DNA of 64,000 nt. Origin: Octopus bimaculoides. Lineage: Eukaryota. Location: contig NC_068985.1 of the NCBI RefSeq assembly GCF_001194135.2, positions 16,476,275 to 16,540,274 of the forward strand. Reading direction: 5' to 3'. The notes under the pieces were generated by a model. That model ran no database searches, was not told the origin of the DNA, and worked only from the letters and a program-made list of their open reading frames with translations. The position numbers and the translations under genes are program-made. Shown piece after piece: positions 26,912-40,270 of the stretch (its first letter is position 1; each line of letters begins with the position of its first letter).

Positions 26912-27260
26912 ATTTTCGTTGGGCCTCACAGAAGGAAAGTGGCTGAGTTCTTTTCGAGTGTTGGGCCTCATGGAGGCAATGACTAAGACCTTTGGCATTA
27001 TGTTGTACTTGAGAAGACCCATCAAGCGAAGCAAAATCGCAGCCGTGGCTGGTACTGGTGTTACGCAAATGGCACCTGTGCCAGTGGCACATAAAAACAC
27101 CCATTACACTCTCAGAGTGGTTGGTGTCAGGAAGGCCATCCAGCCGTAAAAACCATGCCAAATCAGACTGGAGTCTGGTGCAGCTTCCCAGCTGACTAGC
27201 TCAGGTCAAACCATCCAACCCATGCCAGCATGGACAACAGACGTTAAATGATGATGATGG
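26912..27260 (+). mobile_element. RTE-tail repeat (family C)
   Basis: Ends ccatgccagcatggacaacagacgttaaatgatgatgatg. Confidence 0.8.
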
Positions 27261-28743
27261 AGAGTTTCTAATTTTACATTAAGTTGATGAAATATGGATA
27301 TCAAATGATGCTGATTAGTTAGTAATTATTATTTATGATTACATATATATATTTGTGATTTAGACACAAGTATTTTACTTGTCTATTCGAAAACAGCATT
27401 AGACTATATTTTCTAAGGTTCTTTGACACATTCAAAAGTAATGACCTTACCTTAAGGTGTTGAAGTCCCAATCATATCTGATAAGCAGCTCTTTAGTTGT
27501 GTTTTCATTCCCCCTTTGTCTTTACTCATTGATACTTAACTGTTGGATTCGTTTTACTTACCTAGGCTGGTAGAGGTTTTATGTTATTTCATTCCTTGAC
27601 AAAATAAGTTAGTGGGTTTGATATAATCTTTATTATAGCAATACACTGCTTAGTAGTTATAGTTTAATGAGGTTAGAATATTGTTATGTAGCAGATAAGG
27701 ATTATTCTCTCCTTGGAAAACCTATTTTAATCTGCCCAAGATTAAAGCTTATGAATTTATAATTATATTTAAAATCTCAATTGTTAATGTATGTAGTCAT
27801 TATCTTAAAGCTAGTTCTTATTATAATCACTGAAGAAGGATACAAGACTATGTTAAACAATGATAAAAAAATGCTTTCGACTGATAGTGAAATGATTACA
27901 AAACTATCTACAATTCATATGTAATATAAGGCGGTAATATTTTTAGTTTATATCAATAAAACATTTATATATTTTGACAGTGGACAATGACAGGGTCTCT
28001 ATGGTGTAACCAGTAATGCAGTTGCCAAAATACAATAGAGATAAGTTTTGTATCACACAGGAATACCTGCTCTTTTTTCTGTCCTAGAATAATGCTTGCT
28101 AGTGTCTTATAATTATGTTTAATATCTTAATCATTGTCACACATATGTATGTGTGTGTGTGTGTGTGTGTGTGTACAGATATATACATATGTACATGTGT
28201 TTTTATGTACCCTTGTCTAGACAGCATGTGACAGTTGAAAATAAGTATCACTGCCATACAAGCAAAGTTCTTTGTGTCCAGTCTTCAGTGGAAAACATGT
28301 CTAACTATAGGAAAATATTACTTTCAGGAAACAGGTGAGGGTTTGTGACAGGAAGGGCATCCAGTCAGAAAAATCTGCCTTAACAAATTCTATGCAAGCA
28401 TAGTAAAGTGGATGCTAATACAATGATAATAAAATTCAATTACACACTAGGATTTATAACTGATAATAAAGTATGAAATAAATAAATTTTATTAAATAGA
28501 AAAAGAAGAAACTTTACAAAAATATGGCATTTTTCAAAATCAAGAATCAATAATTTTTATAAATTGACTTTTAAACTTTAAAAAACTGAAGTTTTTTTTC
28601 TTTTTTTTTTCCTGTAATTGTTGATTTAGAAATATTTGCTACTTAATCCTTTTGACACTAAACTGCCCCTGGTTCTATGATATAAAGCCGTCTATTTTAA
28701 AAGTATTTACTATTCTATAGTTTTGAGATGACAAATTATATAC

Positions 28744-29230
28744 ATTATTTACACTGGACAGATAGGTGTCCTCACCTTGTTTGTTGTTACCACGATGTTT
28801 CGACTGGTGTACTCTCCAGCCTTCATCAGGTGTTCTGATGGAATTTCCAACCCAACCCTTCATTTGACTAATGCGGTACTGTGTTCTCATTCCTAAGATA
28901 TTCGTTTTTTGCTTATGTTATTTCCCAAGTCCCTGCCTGGGATTGAACCCAGAATCCAAGGGTTAATAGCCCCCACTGTTATCCACTATGCTAGGCATAT
29001 AGCGTCATGGATAAGAGCGAGGGCTACTAACCCTCGGATTCTGAGTTCAATCCCGGGCAGGGACTTGGGAAATAATATCCACAAAAAAAGAATACCTTAG
29101 GAATGAGAAAAGAATACTCCATTAGTCAAATTCCACCAGAACACCTGATGAAGGCTGGAGAGTACATCAGCCAAAAGGTTGTAGTAACAATAAACAAGGT
29201 GAGGACACCTATCCGTCCATTGTAAATAAT
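28744..29230. mobile_element. 487-bp imperfect palindrome of two head-to-head units, each a tRNA-like head + body + Penelope-type hammerhead
   Basis: The arms are reverse complements, e.g. gataggtgtcctcaccttgtttg / caaggtgaggacacctatc and ttcccaagtccctgcc / gcagggacttgggaa. Centre ~28996. Hammerhead cores at 28791-28832 (-) and 29142-29183 (+). Confidence 0.85.
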
Positions 29231-29674
29231 TAAAAGTATTTGTAATTAAAACTATCCTTCATATATATATATAAGGACCTTTTTGTTAAGTTATATTTTA
29301 AACAACAACAATGATGACAAAGTTATTTTACTAAATCCTTCAAAATTAATTGAAACATAGGCAGTGTATTTCACTGGAAATATGCTTCTTAGGGGCTTCG
29401 TAGTAGGCCAGATTCTTGAAGGGATATAGACCTATTTTCTACACTTGTCTATTGGAATCTTTTGTGTCAGAGATATTGACAGAATGATCATAAAATAGCA
29501 CCATTTAGTGCAACACTATGAGAAGTTATTAGATAATGTGGTGGAATGTCTTGAGTGACCCTAATGGGAAAATTCTTAAATGCCTTACTTCTGTATGGAA
29601 TTGTTTCCTTTATCTGAGAAGTACCCAGAGATCATAACTGGATCATGGAATCGATGAAACGACAGTGAATATTC

Positions 29675-30200
29675 ATCATCATCATCATTTAACGTCTGCT
29701 TTCCATGCTAGCATGGGTTGGACGATTTGACTGAGGACTGGTGAGCCAGATGACTACACCAGGCTCCAATCTGATTTGGCAGAGTTTCTATAGCTGGATG
29801 CCCTTCCTAACACCAACCACTCCGAGTGTAGTGGGTGCTTTTACGTGCCACCGGCACGAAGGCCAGTCAGGCGGTACTGGCAACGGCCACGCTCAAAATG
29901 GTGTATTTTATGTGCCACCTGCACAGGGGCCAGTCCAGCGGCACTGGCAACAATCTCGCTCGAATGTCTTTTCACACGCCACCGGCACAAGTGCCAAGAA
30001 GGCAACGCTGGTAATGATCACGCTCAAATGGTGCTATTTACGTGCCACCAGTACAGAAGCCAGACAGCTGCTCTGGCAATAATCATGCTCGAATGGTGCT
30101 CTTAGCACTCCACTGGTGCAGGTGCCATCACAATTTCGCTTTCGCTTGCCCCAACAGGTCTTCACAAGCCGAGTTTAGTGTCCAATGAAGGAGATATTGG
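29675..30200 (-). mobile_element. RTE-tail repeat (family C) with internal tandem subrepeats
   Basis: catcatcatcatttaacgtctgctttccatgctagcatggg followed by repeated acgtgccaccggcac..ggcaac..cacgctcaa units. Confidence 0.85.
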
Positions 30201-31189
30201 AATGGGGGCCAGTCGTCGAATTTAGTTCGATTTCGATCTCACTTTAAGTAAGTCATTGTTGTGTGACAATAGTTAATTGAGCTACACTCACCTGGCTGAA
30301 GAATAACTTTATGCAAACAAACTAATGAAAGTAGCATCTTCTGAAACTGATTTTTCCATCTCAGAATAATGCTATGGAAGAAAGTACACTAAGAATGTTC
30401 CATTTCAGTTAATACATATCTAAGGTTATGCCATTTTCAACTCAAGAAAATATCAGAAAATTATCTGATAAAAATAGTTAAACATGATTTTTTACAAAAT
30501 TGCTGTTGATAGTTGTTGCTAATATAAACACAAGACCTGGAATTTGGAGAGGGTTAGTTGATTAGATCAACCTATTGCCTTGACTGTAATAAAATGCAAG
30601 TTTTAGTTCTGATAACATTTACTATCTATATCAATAATAAATGATATTATAGGGTGAAGAAGCAGGTCTAATCATGAAATTTCTGTCTTAATTTCAAAAT
30701 GAAATTATTCATTAATGACATCTTATTAATAAAGCTAGAAAAATATGAAATAATCCTGAATTGTTTACACTGAAAATTCAAGGTCTTTTCTGTTTAGCTG
30801 CCAATTTTCAATCTTTTCAATTTCTGCTCAAATTGATTTCATATTCAGAATAATGAAAAGGTTTTATATGCTAATCACTGCTTTGAAATTCATTTTCACA
30901 ATAAATCAATCAATAAAAAGTAATTAGCTTTTAAAGTTTGAAAATTTTGGGTAATTTTAGCCAATCATAAGCCATAGACACACTCATGCCTGTTTCCATA
31001 GTAACAAGCTAAACATAAGAACTCTTTTGTCTGTGAGATAGTACATGTTGACAAATATATTCTACATGAAAACAAGTGTCCATCTGCTGGTTAAGAGATG
31101 TGCTAAAAATAACAGCCAAATAAGCCTTAAATCACGCACCCCCACCTTTTTTTTTTTTTTTTTTTGCTTGGTTTTTGCATAATTCTATG

Positions 31190-31480
31190 AATTCCCACTG
31201 CTTTTGATAGAGTACTCATTCCAATTGTGAGGCATTAACAGAGTCATATGGTGTTATTCTTAATACTCATTATTTTGAACCAATACTCAACCAGTCTTGA
31301 AACGTAAGTGCCACTCAAAAACATTTGTTTACCCCTAAGGAAGGATTGCCAAATTAAGCATTTCAGGGTTTCAGTAACAGATTTGCTGAGTTGCACGTAA
31401 AATTTGATGTGGGCACATTGCTTGAATTTATCAACAATCATAGAAATTGCAGAGCAACAAATTTACAAAACATTGTATAG
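31190..31480 (-). mobile_element. Mariner transposase N-terminal remnant
   Basis: KQCAHIKFYVQLSKSVTETLK resembles the mariner N-terminal QRxxIKFCVKLGKSATET motif. Confidence 0.6.
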
Positions 31481-32002
31481 TAATCAAGCTTAAACTGATC
31501 ACATGAAGGAGTTGGAGATCAACTACAAATAATTGTCAGTTGTGAACACATTTGTTGATCATTGTAGTCATAGGATATGCAGTCTGGAAACTCTCATAGC
31601 ATTTCAATATCATGTTAAGTATAAAAGTCTTTCATCATCCCTAAGTGATACAAATTATTGATTAAGTTATAATGTATGAAGGAAGACTTTAAAACTTAAT
31701 AATTTATAATACAAACTGACTATGATGGTATATGTGTAGCTAGCATAGCTACACTAGAATATAAATGACTCAGATACAACACAAGTTCAGATCAATTACT
31801 TGCCAAACGAGTACAATTGAAATTAATTACTAAAGTGATATCAATTTCTTTGAACTAGAGAGAAAGCCAGTTTTTACAAATATTATTGATTCCAGTCTAT
31901 TACTGGTACTTATGTTATAAGCTCCAGAGACAAAATAGAACTGGCAAAATTTCAGCTCAGAAAACAAGATAGAGAAACTTTATATGTAATCCCTTTAATA
32001 TA

Positions 32003-32290
32003 TCATCATCATCGTTTAACGTCCACTTTCCATGCTAGCATGGGTTGGATGATTTGACAGAGGACTAGTGAACCAGATGGCTGCACCAGGCTTCAATGTG
32101 ATCTGGCAGAGTTTCTACAGCTGGATGCCCTTCCTAACGCCAACCACTCTGAGAGTGTAGTGGGTGCTTTTACGTGCCACTAGCACGAGGGCCAGTCAGG
32201 CGGTACTGGCAACAGCCACGCTCAAGTGGTGTTTTTTACGTGCCACCTGCACAGGAGCCTGTCCAGCGGCACTAGCAACGACCTCGTCTC
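32003..32290 (-). mobile_element. RTE-tail repeat (family C)
   Basis: catcatcatcgtttaacgtccactttccatgctagcatgggttgg; nearly identical to 29675-29950. Confidence 0.85.
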
Positions 32291-32538
32291 TGTGATCTTG
32301 CAGCCTTAATTATTAAGTTAGCATTAGTTTTGTTTACCAAGTGTCTAATGAATAAATAACAATTAGCTATATAGTTTTAAAGTATAAGATTATATTTTTA
32401 ATTTTTTTTTTCCCCCTTTACTGCCTAATTATTTCTGGTTAGCTTTCTAATGCTCCAAGCTTTGAATATTAACACTAACATAAATGTTTATTATTCATAA
32501 ACTTTAGCTATCTTCATCATTTTAATAGCAAATATTCC

Positions 32539-32615
32539 AATATTGAGAAATATTTCTGCCTGAAAATATTGAAAAATATTTCTACCCGAGAATATTAAAA
32601 ATATTTCTACCTGAC
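32539..32615. repeat. 26-bp minisatellite x3
   Basis: aatattgagaaatatttctgcctgaa / aatattgaaaaatatttctacccgag / aatattaaaaatatttctacctgac. Confidence 0.7.
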
Positions 32616-32985
32616 TTTGAACTCTAGTAATTTCACAAATATACAAAAACAAGACATGGAATATATCTCATATTCCAAATAACAGTCTAAAAGAAAGAAT
32701 ACAATTCCATTTATTTTAAAGATCAAATGAGACATCAGATTTTCCTGAAAATCATTATAATTCAGTCTAAAAATAAAACAAATCTAAATGTTACAAATAC
32801 TGATTTCAAATTTTGGCACAAGGCCAGTAATTTCAGGGGTGTGGGTAAGTTGTTTACATCAACCCCCAAAGCTCAACTGGTACTTCTTTTATCAACCACA
32901 AAAAGATGAGAAGTAAAGTAGGCCTTGGAGGAATTTGAAAATGTTACAAATATTCAAGAATAGATGCTTATTTCAACTACCGAAT

Positions 32986-33865
32986 TTATTCAGCAGTAAT
33001 AATTTTATCATCTGTGGCCAAAACTACTTCTGTAGCAGTTACTGAACTTTCAGCTGGTTGAAAATTTACTCTTATATCTTCAGTAGGCAGAGTCTGTGAA
33101 TTACCATCACCATTTACAGAACACAGTTCCAATGGTTGCACCATCAATAGAGTATGTCCTGCATTTCTTTGATCGGAACTTTCATCAGAGGCAATCTGTG
33201 ATTGAGATGGTGGTAAATGCAAAGTAATTGTATGTGTTGATATTCCTTGTTTAGAAGATGTATTTATGGTTGCTTGCATCCCAGTAAGCATCTGAGAGTC
33301 TTGGGGAAGAGAATTGGTTGCAATAGCATAAATTAATTCTGCAGCAGTGAGATCTGTTGATACGAGATTATTCCCTGTTTGGGCCATTTTAATAATGTCA
33401 TCTGCACTAAGACTTGAAACACTATTCTCTACAGGTACTAACTGAGTTTGTATTTCGCCATTACTAGGGTCGTTGACTTTTTGTAATATACTTTTATTAT
33501 TACTGGAAGATAGAACTGTTGAATTAGTAGTTGTTTCAGTGGTGATGGTAGATGTTGTCGTTGATGTGGCGGTAGTTGTGGTGGTGGTGTTGTTGGTGCC
33601 TTCTTGGACATCAATCAACCCATACTTGTGATCACTGACATGATTAGTAAAACTGGTAGCATTCACAGTTCGGTAATTACAAATATCACAGTGATAAATT
33701 CCAGATGAATCTGGATGTTTATTTTTCATGTGAGTTTTTAAAGAAATAGCCTGGATGCACGAGTAAGAACAATATTGGCATTTGTATGGCCTCAATCCTG
33801 AGTGGCGCATTTTGTGACGGCGAAGTGAGTTGTGATCTCCAGTAGCATACTGACAAACATCGCAC
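32986..33865 (-). CDS. 11-finger C2H2 zinc-finger protein, coding exon 2 (fingers 9-11 plus T/S/Q-rich tail)
   Basis: Acceptor tttcttttt-atttAG at 33867-66. Phase-2 join AA|G gives EKPFK-CDVCQYATGDHNSLRRHKMRH, then YKCQYC..HMKNKH and YHCDIC..HVSDH. Stop at 32986-88. Confidence 0.92.
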
Positions 33866-34285
33866 CTAAATAAAAAGAAAATATTGAGTATCATTGTTTT
33901 ACAGTAAATGTAAAGGAAAATAAATCATTAAGGCTCACATAACTTTGAAATTATAAAAACAAAATTAAATAAACTATTCAATTTTTTTTACCAATGTCAA
34001 TATCTGCTTAAATTTACACTTTCTGTTCTTTATAACATTTGAGATTTGAACTCAGACTGATTTCCTCTCTTAAAAATATGGTACAGGTATAACCATGTTC
34101 ATTTTAATGAGTTTTATTTTTTTTTGCTGATAAAAAACATATTTATCTGTTAACTAGATATAAGAGGGTTTGGAAATAATATGAGGTTTCCGTAAGAACC
34201 AGTCCCCACTGAATACAGGCAGAGCAATACAAACGAATAACTATAAATGGCCTGAAAGTTTTTTGAGATTTAAAAGATTACTTAC

Positions 34286-35841
34286 TTGAATGGTTTTTCC
34301 CCAGTGTGGATACGTAGATGTAATTGTAGCATAGCTTTACGTGCTGTTGAATGACCACAGTATGAACATACATATGGTTTGATCTTACTGTGGACAGCTT
34401 GTACATGTTTACTTAAACACTTCTGATTAGCAAAAGTCCGTTTACAAATGTCACACTGTTTAGTAGTATACCAACGATCAGCATCATTTGATTGATGTTC
34501 TGCATGGATCATTTGGTGGTTCCTCATTTGACTGAATTGCTTAAAGCCTTTCCAGCATATATCACATGTATACGGCCTCTGGTCACTATGAATTTCTTTA
34601 TGAATCAGTAATTTGTGGGTAGTGTCTGTTTTGAACTCACAGTTCTCACATGCAAAAAGATCTGTATCAATGGAGTGACAGCGCCAAAGATGCATCCTAA
34701 GATGTTTCCAAAGAACAAATTCAACTGCACACATGTTACATTCAAAGAAAGACCTATTTGCATCTTTTTTGTGGCAAGCAATGTGAATCTTTAAACTTTG
34801 GTCTTTCTTAAACTTGGCAAAACAGCCTTGCAGATTACACTTAAGACTGTAGCCTTCTGTAAGAATATTAGTATCTTTGTTCTTTCTTTTCTTTTTACCT
34901 AAATAATAATCATCTTTCAGAGCTTTTGGTGGACGAATTTTTCTACGACTCCGTCCTTTGCGTGAATACCATTCACTATTTTCATCTTCCTCCCAGTCCT
35001 TGTCTGAAACAGGTGAAGAGGATCTCTGAGGTAATGGATTTTTCCGTTTTCTACCTGGCTTTTTTTTGGTAGACATAACTTGTGTTCCAACACTGACTCT
35101 ATTAACTGTTTCTCCAGTTAATTGATTGTCTTCATTTTGTGGCAAAATATTGTGGACTTGTACTATATGAGATTTACATTCTTCAATACTGTTAAACCCA
35201 ATTCTACATTGGCCACACAGAAACAATTCTTTCGTAAGAACATCATCCCCTTCAATATTAGGTTCAGAAAAGTCGTCAGAAGCAGCAACAGAAAACTGAC
35301 TAATTGCTTGTGAATTAATTTCAGATTCATTAACAAAAGTCAAAGAGTCTTCAACAGTTGTTGTAGCTTCCAGTGGAATGTAAGATGGTACAATATTTCC
35401 AGTTGATAAGATATCATTATGAGTTGGAATCATTTGTGGTTCATTTAAAGAACCTTGAGTGAAAATAACTTGTTGATGATTTGAGGCTAACTCTATCAAT
35501 GACCCAGCATCAGATTTTTCAATCAAAGAAACAGAGTCTACATCTGACAATGACGATGCTTCTTGAGAAACAGCTACAGACTGAGTCTTAGACAGATCAG
35601 GTATTGTCTCTTCCTCAACAGTGACATCACCTGAAGAACTTTCTGCTTGTTCAATATCATGCATATTTGAAATCGTACTTAATTTGGAAGGAGTTGTCTT
35701 GATGTGCACATTACGAACATGTATACCAATCTCTTGAGGCTGGTTGCAAGAGAAAGTACAGAAACGGCATTTGTATGTAGTAACAACATCCATATAATCA
35801 GTAAGATTAACATCAGTAAATCTGTCGACTGTTGAAGCCAT
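34286..35841 (-). CDS. 11-finger C2H2 zinc-finger protein, coding exon 1 (fingers 1-8); spliced product 811 aa
   Basis: ATG at 35841. Eight C2H2 fingers ending HLRIHTGEKPFK, plus a basic KKKPGRKRK patch. Donor AA|GTAAGT at 34286/34285; 420-bp intron. Upstream acceptor tccttcttgtttatctAG at 35894-93 implies a non-coding 5' exon. Confidence 0.92.
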
Positions 35842-36038
35842 TTTCTTTCTTTTGGAGTTTGTTTTTCAGGAAAGCTAAGTTTAATGTTGCATCTAGATAA
35901 ACAAGAAGGATAAAAAGATATGTTTATTAATTATACGATAACTTCAAAAACAAAGCAGGGTGGAATATAAATACAATTCTCTTTTCCACAAATACACATT
36001 TCTGAAAATGATAATATATAAAATAATTTAAGAAAAAT

Positions 36039-36445
36039 TACTAGGTTGAGGAAAAAGTTTTTTGCGCCATATTAAAATAATGATTTTTTAATGCAAGAAT
36101 TTATTCAAAATCAACAACAACTATTCTTCAAAATAAAGACCCTCATTTTCCACGACCTTCTGCCAATGATCTGCAAGCTTTCGGATTTGGTTGAAGTACC
36201 AATTCTTTGGCTTTGAAGCGAAAAATTCTTGACAAGCTTCTTCACCTCTATCGAATGACCCAAATCGGTGACCTTTCATAAAGAGCTGCATTGATCGGAA
36301 GAGACCGTAGTCAGATGGAGCATTATCTGGACTATAGGCAGGATGTAGCAGAACTTCCATACTGATCAATTCTTCAATCTTGTTGTTGGTCTTTCTGGCG
36401 GTATGCGGCTTTGCAGTGTCTTGTTGAAACAAAGCACATTTTCAA
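36039..36445 (-). mobile_element. Mariner transposon 3' part (transposase C-terminus + TIR)
   Basis: QQDTAKPHTA, HPAYSPDNAPSDYGLF (YSPDLAPSD motif), WQKVVENEGLYFEE*. TIR TA-ctaggttgaggaaaaagttttttgcg at 36039. Confidence 0.92.
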
Positions 36446-37291
36446 TGAACAAGTCTTGGGTACTTTTCAACAGTGAGTCACCATTGAACATGACGTGAAC
36501 TGAATGAACACACACACCACAAAAATATATAAAAAAGGATGTTAGTGGAACATGGTGGTGGTAGTAACAATATAGAAAACATAGAGAGAGAAGAGAAAAT
36601 GTATCTTGAGCCAAGTGATATATTGCTGGTGAGAATTTGCTAACAAAATTTCTACTAGACTGGACATAATTAGTTATTAATCAATGAGTCATTAAACCTA
36701 AATTTATGAGATACAGAAATTTGAGTTGTAAGGTTCATGCCTTTCCTAAAGACAGAAGTGAAGATGAATAGCTATAATGGGATTCACTAAGAGCTTCTAC
36801 AATGTCTGTTAAAAACGTGAAATTTTGGAGAAATTGGAAAGCTAAAGTTTTGCGTCTCTGATGTATTTGATTTTTATTTTTAAATCTTAAATTAGACTAG
36901 ATGGTTCACCTTAATCAGTGGTTCTTTACCTTTTTTTGTGTAGCCCCTTCCCTTCCCTTTTCATGACTAAACTAATTTAATATGGATAATTATTTAGAAA
37001 TTTTACTCTAAAATGGATTGCATAAGCTTTTAACAGTGAAATAATAGAATATTAATAAAAACAGAGTTGTGAATTTACTTTACACATTGCAAGTTAATAA
37101 CTTCCCTGTGCCTGATGAGATCTTATTTTATTTTAATAACCATTGCTAGTTTTATTATGTATAATATATTAACTACTACAGATAAAATTTAGTATGTTGT
37201 GTAACCTCACTGGGGGCAGTACAACCTACATTGAGAACTTGATCTAAGTGAAGGCTTACCAGTAGTGGTCTACTTAATAGCACCACTTTAA

Positions 37292-37509
37292 CCCTTTTGC
37301 ATCTAAACCAGCCACAACAGGCCCAAATTTTCAACCTGTTTTATGTTCAAACCAGCCAGATCTGGCCTCTCACACCTATCCTACAATGTCATTCTAAAAA
37401 AAAAATAACATCACTGAAATCTTGAAGCTAGGAGATAATGTATGATTAATACAAAACAATGTGAATAAATAAGCATTACATTTGACAGAGTAATCTGAAT
37501 GCTAAAGAG
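37292..37509. mobile_element. piggyBac-like MITE
   Basis: TTAA at 37288-91 and 37510-13; TIRs cccttttgcat / atgctaaagag. Confidence 0.75.
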
Positions 37510-38339
37510 TTAAGGGAATTTTATTAAAAATTTCGTTTCTGCTGATATAAAACTGAAATTAAGATATTCATTTGGCAATCAAGAGGTCCTTAGGTAAGTG
37601 TCATTTACAATAGCTTCAGGTCAATCAAAGCATTGTGAGTAAAACTGGCTAGACAGAAACTGTATGGAAGCCCATAAGATGGATAATATTTGTCATTCAA
37701 AACCCTAGCCCTCTCATAAGCTGGGTCATGCTGATTCTGTCCTTTTCATTAAGGGTACATGGGTCTGCAGAACACTCAAAACAATTTACATAATTTAATG
37801 ATTAGGTAAATAACTGAAAAATCATGAATTCTGCCATCTATTTGATTGTATTACATTAAATATGCTGTTTCTCCACTCAATTATGACCTTCATATAAAAG
37901 GACTCCTTGGAAAATCCCCACACAATAACTGTTCACTCAAAATCTTTATATCTCAGTGACTTCGTATTTCAGGTAAAAATTTTGCTTCTCTGAGATCTTA
38001 TACATCAAAACATGTTCAGGTATTACCATATGGACTAAGGTTATTACCACATGGCCCCACTGAATGTCACATTCAAACTAAATGTGGATTTCGAAGTTGC
38101 CTCCCTTGCTTTTCTTGATCTGAGTTCATTAGAAAAGCCCAGGTCTTTTTTCCTGTTTGGTAAGAGTGTAATTTTTAATTCATAGAAAATACATTAATCC
38201 ACATTTGACTATATATTCTTCAGGTAATAGATGTGATTTGAATAGAAGTTCATTTTTCTCAAAGATCACCTTCACTCAAATCACATTTATCTGAAGAATG
38301 CTTTATTCAGTATGTAAAAAAGGAAAGAGAAAATATTTC

Positions 38340-39156
38340 GGATCCTTTTGGTTTGACGGGCAACATTTTTCATTTATGTTTTTGGTACCGAAACACTTTC
38401 AAACTTCTATACTTGTATATTTTGTGTTATAGAACAGATAAAAATTTTTGTATTCGAAGTTATTTCATGTAAAAAGTTGTCGTATTTCGGTAATTTCAAC
38501 CAATCACTGACATCTATTGAGGTGAAAACAATTACTTCCGTAGAATGTAAACAACATATTCTAACGGTGTTATGGGATCTTTTCCCTTGAATAAAATTAG
38601 TGCCGTTGTTTGTCAACAACAACTATCGGCGGTACTGTTATTTATAACATCGTTCGTGCGTTTGTACTGGTTTTAGCTTTAGGGTTTTAGGGTTAGGGTT
38701 CCGGTTTTAGAGTTAAAGTTAGTTTTAGGGTTACGGTTAGGGTTATGATTATTTTTGCCATAACCTCACTCATAACCTAACCCTAAAACCCTAACCCTAA
38801 CTCTAAAACCCGAACCCTAACCCAAATGCACGAACGATGTTAGAAATAACTACCACCGATAGTTGTTGTTGACAAACAACGGCACAAATTTTATTCAAGG
38901 GAAAAGATCCCATAACACCGTTAGAATATACTGTTTACATTCTACTGCAGTAATTGTTTTCACCTCAATAGACGTCAGTGATTGGTTGAAATTACACGAA
39001 TACGACAACTTTAACATGAAATAACTTATTAAGAACTAATTTTTGTTAAGAAGGCTAAGAGAAAAAGATGTTTTATATGACACATTCTACCAGTATCCCA
39101 AGTTTGAAAGTGTTTCGTTAAGAAAACAAGTGTTACCCATCAAACCAAAAAGATCC
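38340..39156. mobile_element. ~817-bp foldback DNA element with 8-bp TSD and an inverted telomere-like core
   Basis: TSD aatatttc at 38332-39 and 39157-64. Termini ggatccttttggtttgacgggcaac / gttacccatcaaaccaaaaagatcc. Near-perfect inner arms ~38455-38660 / ~38826-39028. TTAGGG-like tract 38669-38746 faces a CCCTAA-like tract 38759-38823. Confidence 0.9.
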
Positions 39157-39379
39157 AATATTTCTATCTACTATATTGTAATTAATATATTCCCTCTGAA
39201 CAACATATTGAGTACTCCCACGTTTGTGAAACTACTTACAAATTATCATCCCACACACACACACAGGGTGGCTGACAATTTGATTTTGAAAACTTTCTTA
39301 TTGCAGACACATCTAATTAAGTTTGGTGCAATTTTGTCCAGAATCTCAACCACAGTGACTCTGCCCTTGTGCAATTCAA

Positions 39380-40270
39380 AAGGAATTTTCAACCCAGCAG
39401 TAGATAACACCTTTGGACATAACAAACAGCAACACTTCAGTGGTCCTGTTGGAGCAGCATACATGTAAGCCTCCTGATAAGTGACCTTTTATGGATGGCA
39501 AAACCAGCCTTTGAAGGAGTACTGCAACTACAGATAGAACAGGTGAGATTATCTCTGAACCCTCAACTATAAAGAAATTCCACAGAGTAACTTTCAGGCA
39601 TTACATTTCATTAGTTGGTGGACAATGATTTTTTCTCCAATTAATAGCAGTTCTTCTTAATACAGACTGCCATTTGCTTCTGTTCAGTGCAAGAATTTCC
39701 CATGTAATGAAGCTAATGTTCAAGGACTTAGGATAGTCTTTTGTGACATCATGAAATCTTTTATGGTTTGTGCTGGAGAAACCAAAAACTAATTCACTAT
39801 AAGTTACTGTTTCAGAAGCTTACAATCATGAAGATGGATTGTTTGACCAACACATAGCACGTACTTGAGCAGATGAGCTTCTATATAGTGATGTTTAATG
39901 TACACCTTAGACATTGCCGATGAAATCTTTTCAGTATTTTGAAGTGTTGTTGATACAGGGTTTATGTTTCAGAGAGTATAGTAAGGGTGTGATGATGAAA
40001 ATACCATAAAAGTACCATAGATGCAAAGCTTGGTGAAAAGTTTCACGTCTCTGTCTAACCCAGAATAATTTCTCCAGTATCTCAAATGCAACTGAAGCTT
40101 GTTCAATCCTCAAGTTTTCATTATTTAGAAATCCATCCCTAGAGACTGAGCTGCAAAAATACACAAAAAAGGAATCCACTCATCAAGCGTGGGCCCCTTG
40201 GATAAGTATATTTGGTTCGATGTAGGTCTCTCCTGGAACAGGAGTAAACATCACCTTGGATTATCCAGCA
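39380..40270 (-). mobile_element. Decayed RTE (BovB-like) LINE remnant
   Basis: FVYFCSSVSRDGFLNNEN-LRIEQASVAFEILEK..W..TPLLYS resembles the post-RT RTE region FxYLGS..RIxKASxAF..LLYG. Confidence 0.75.

Noticed and set aside
38669-38823. Interpretation as a genuine ancestral telomere-telomere fusion
   Set aside because: The tract is enclosed by long inverted arms and an 8-bp TSD, which points to a transposon origin.
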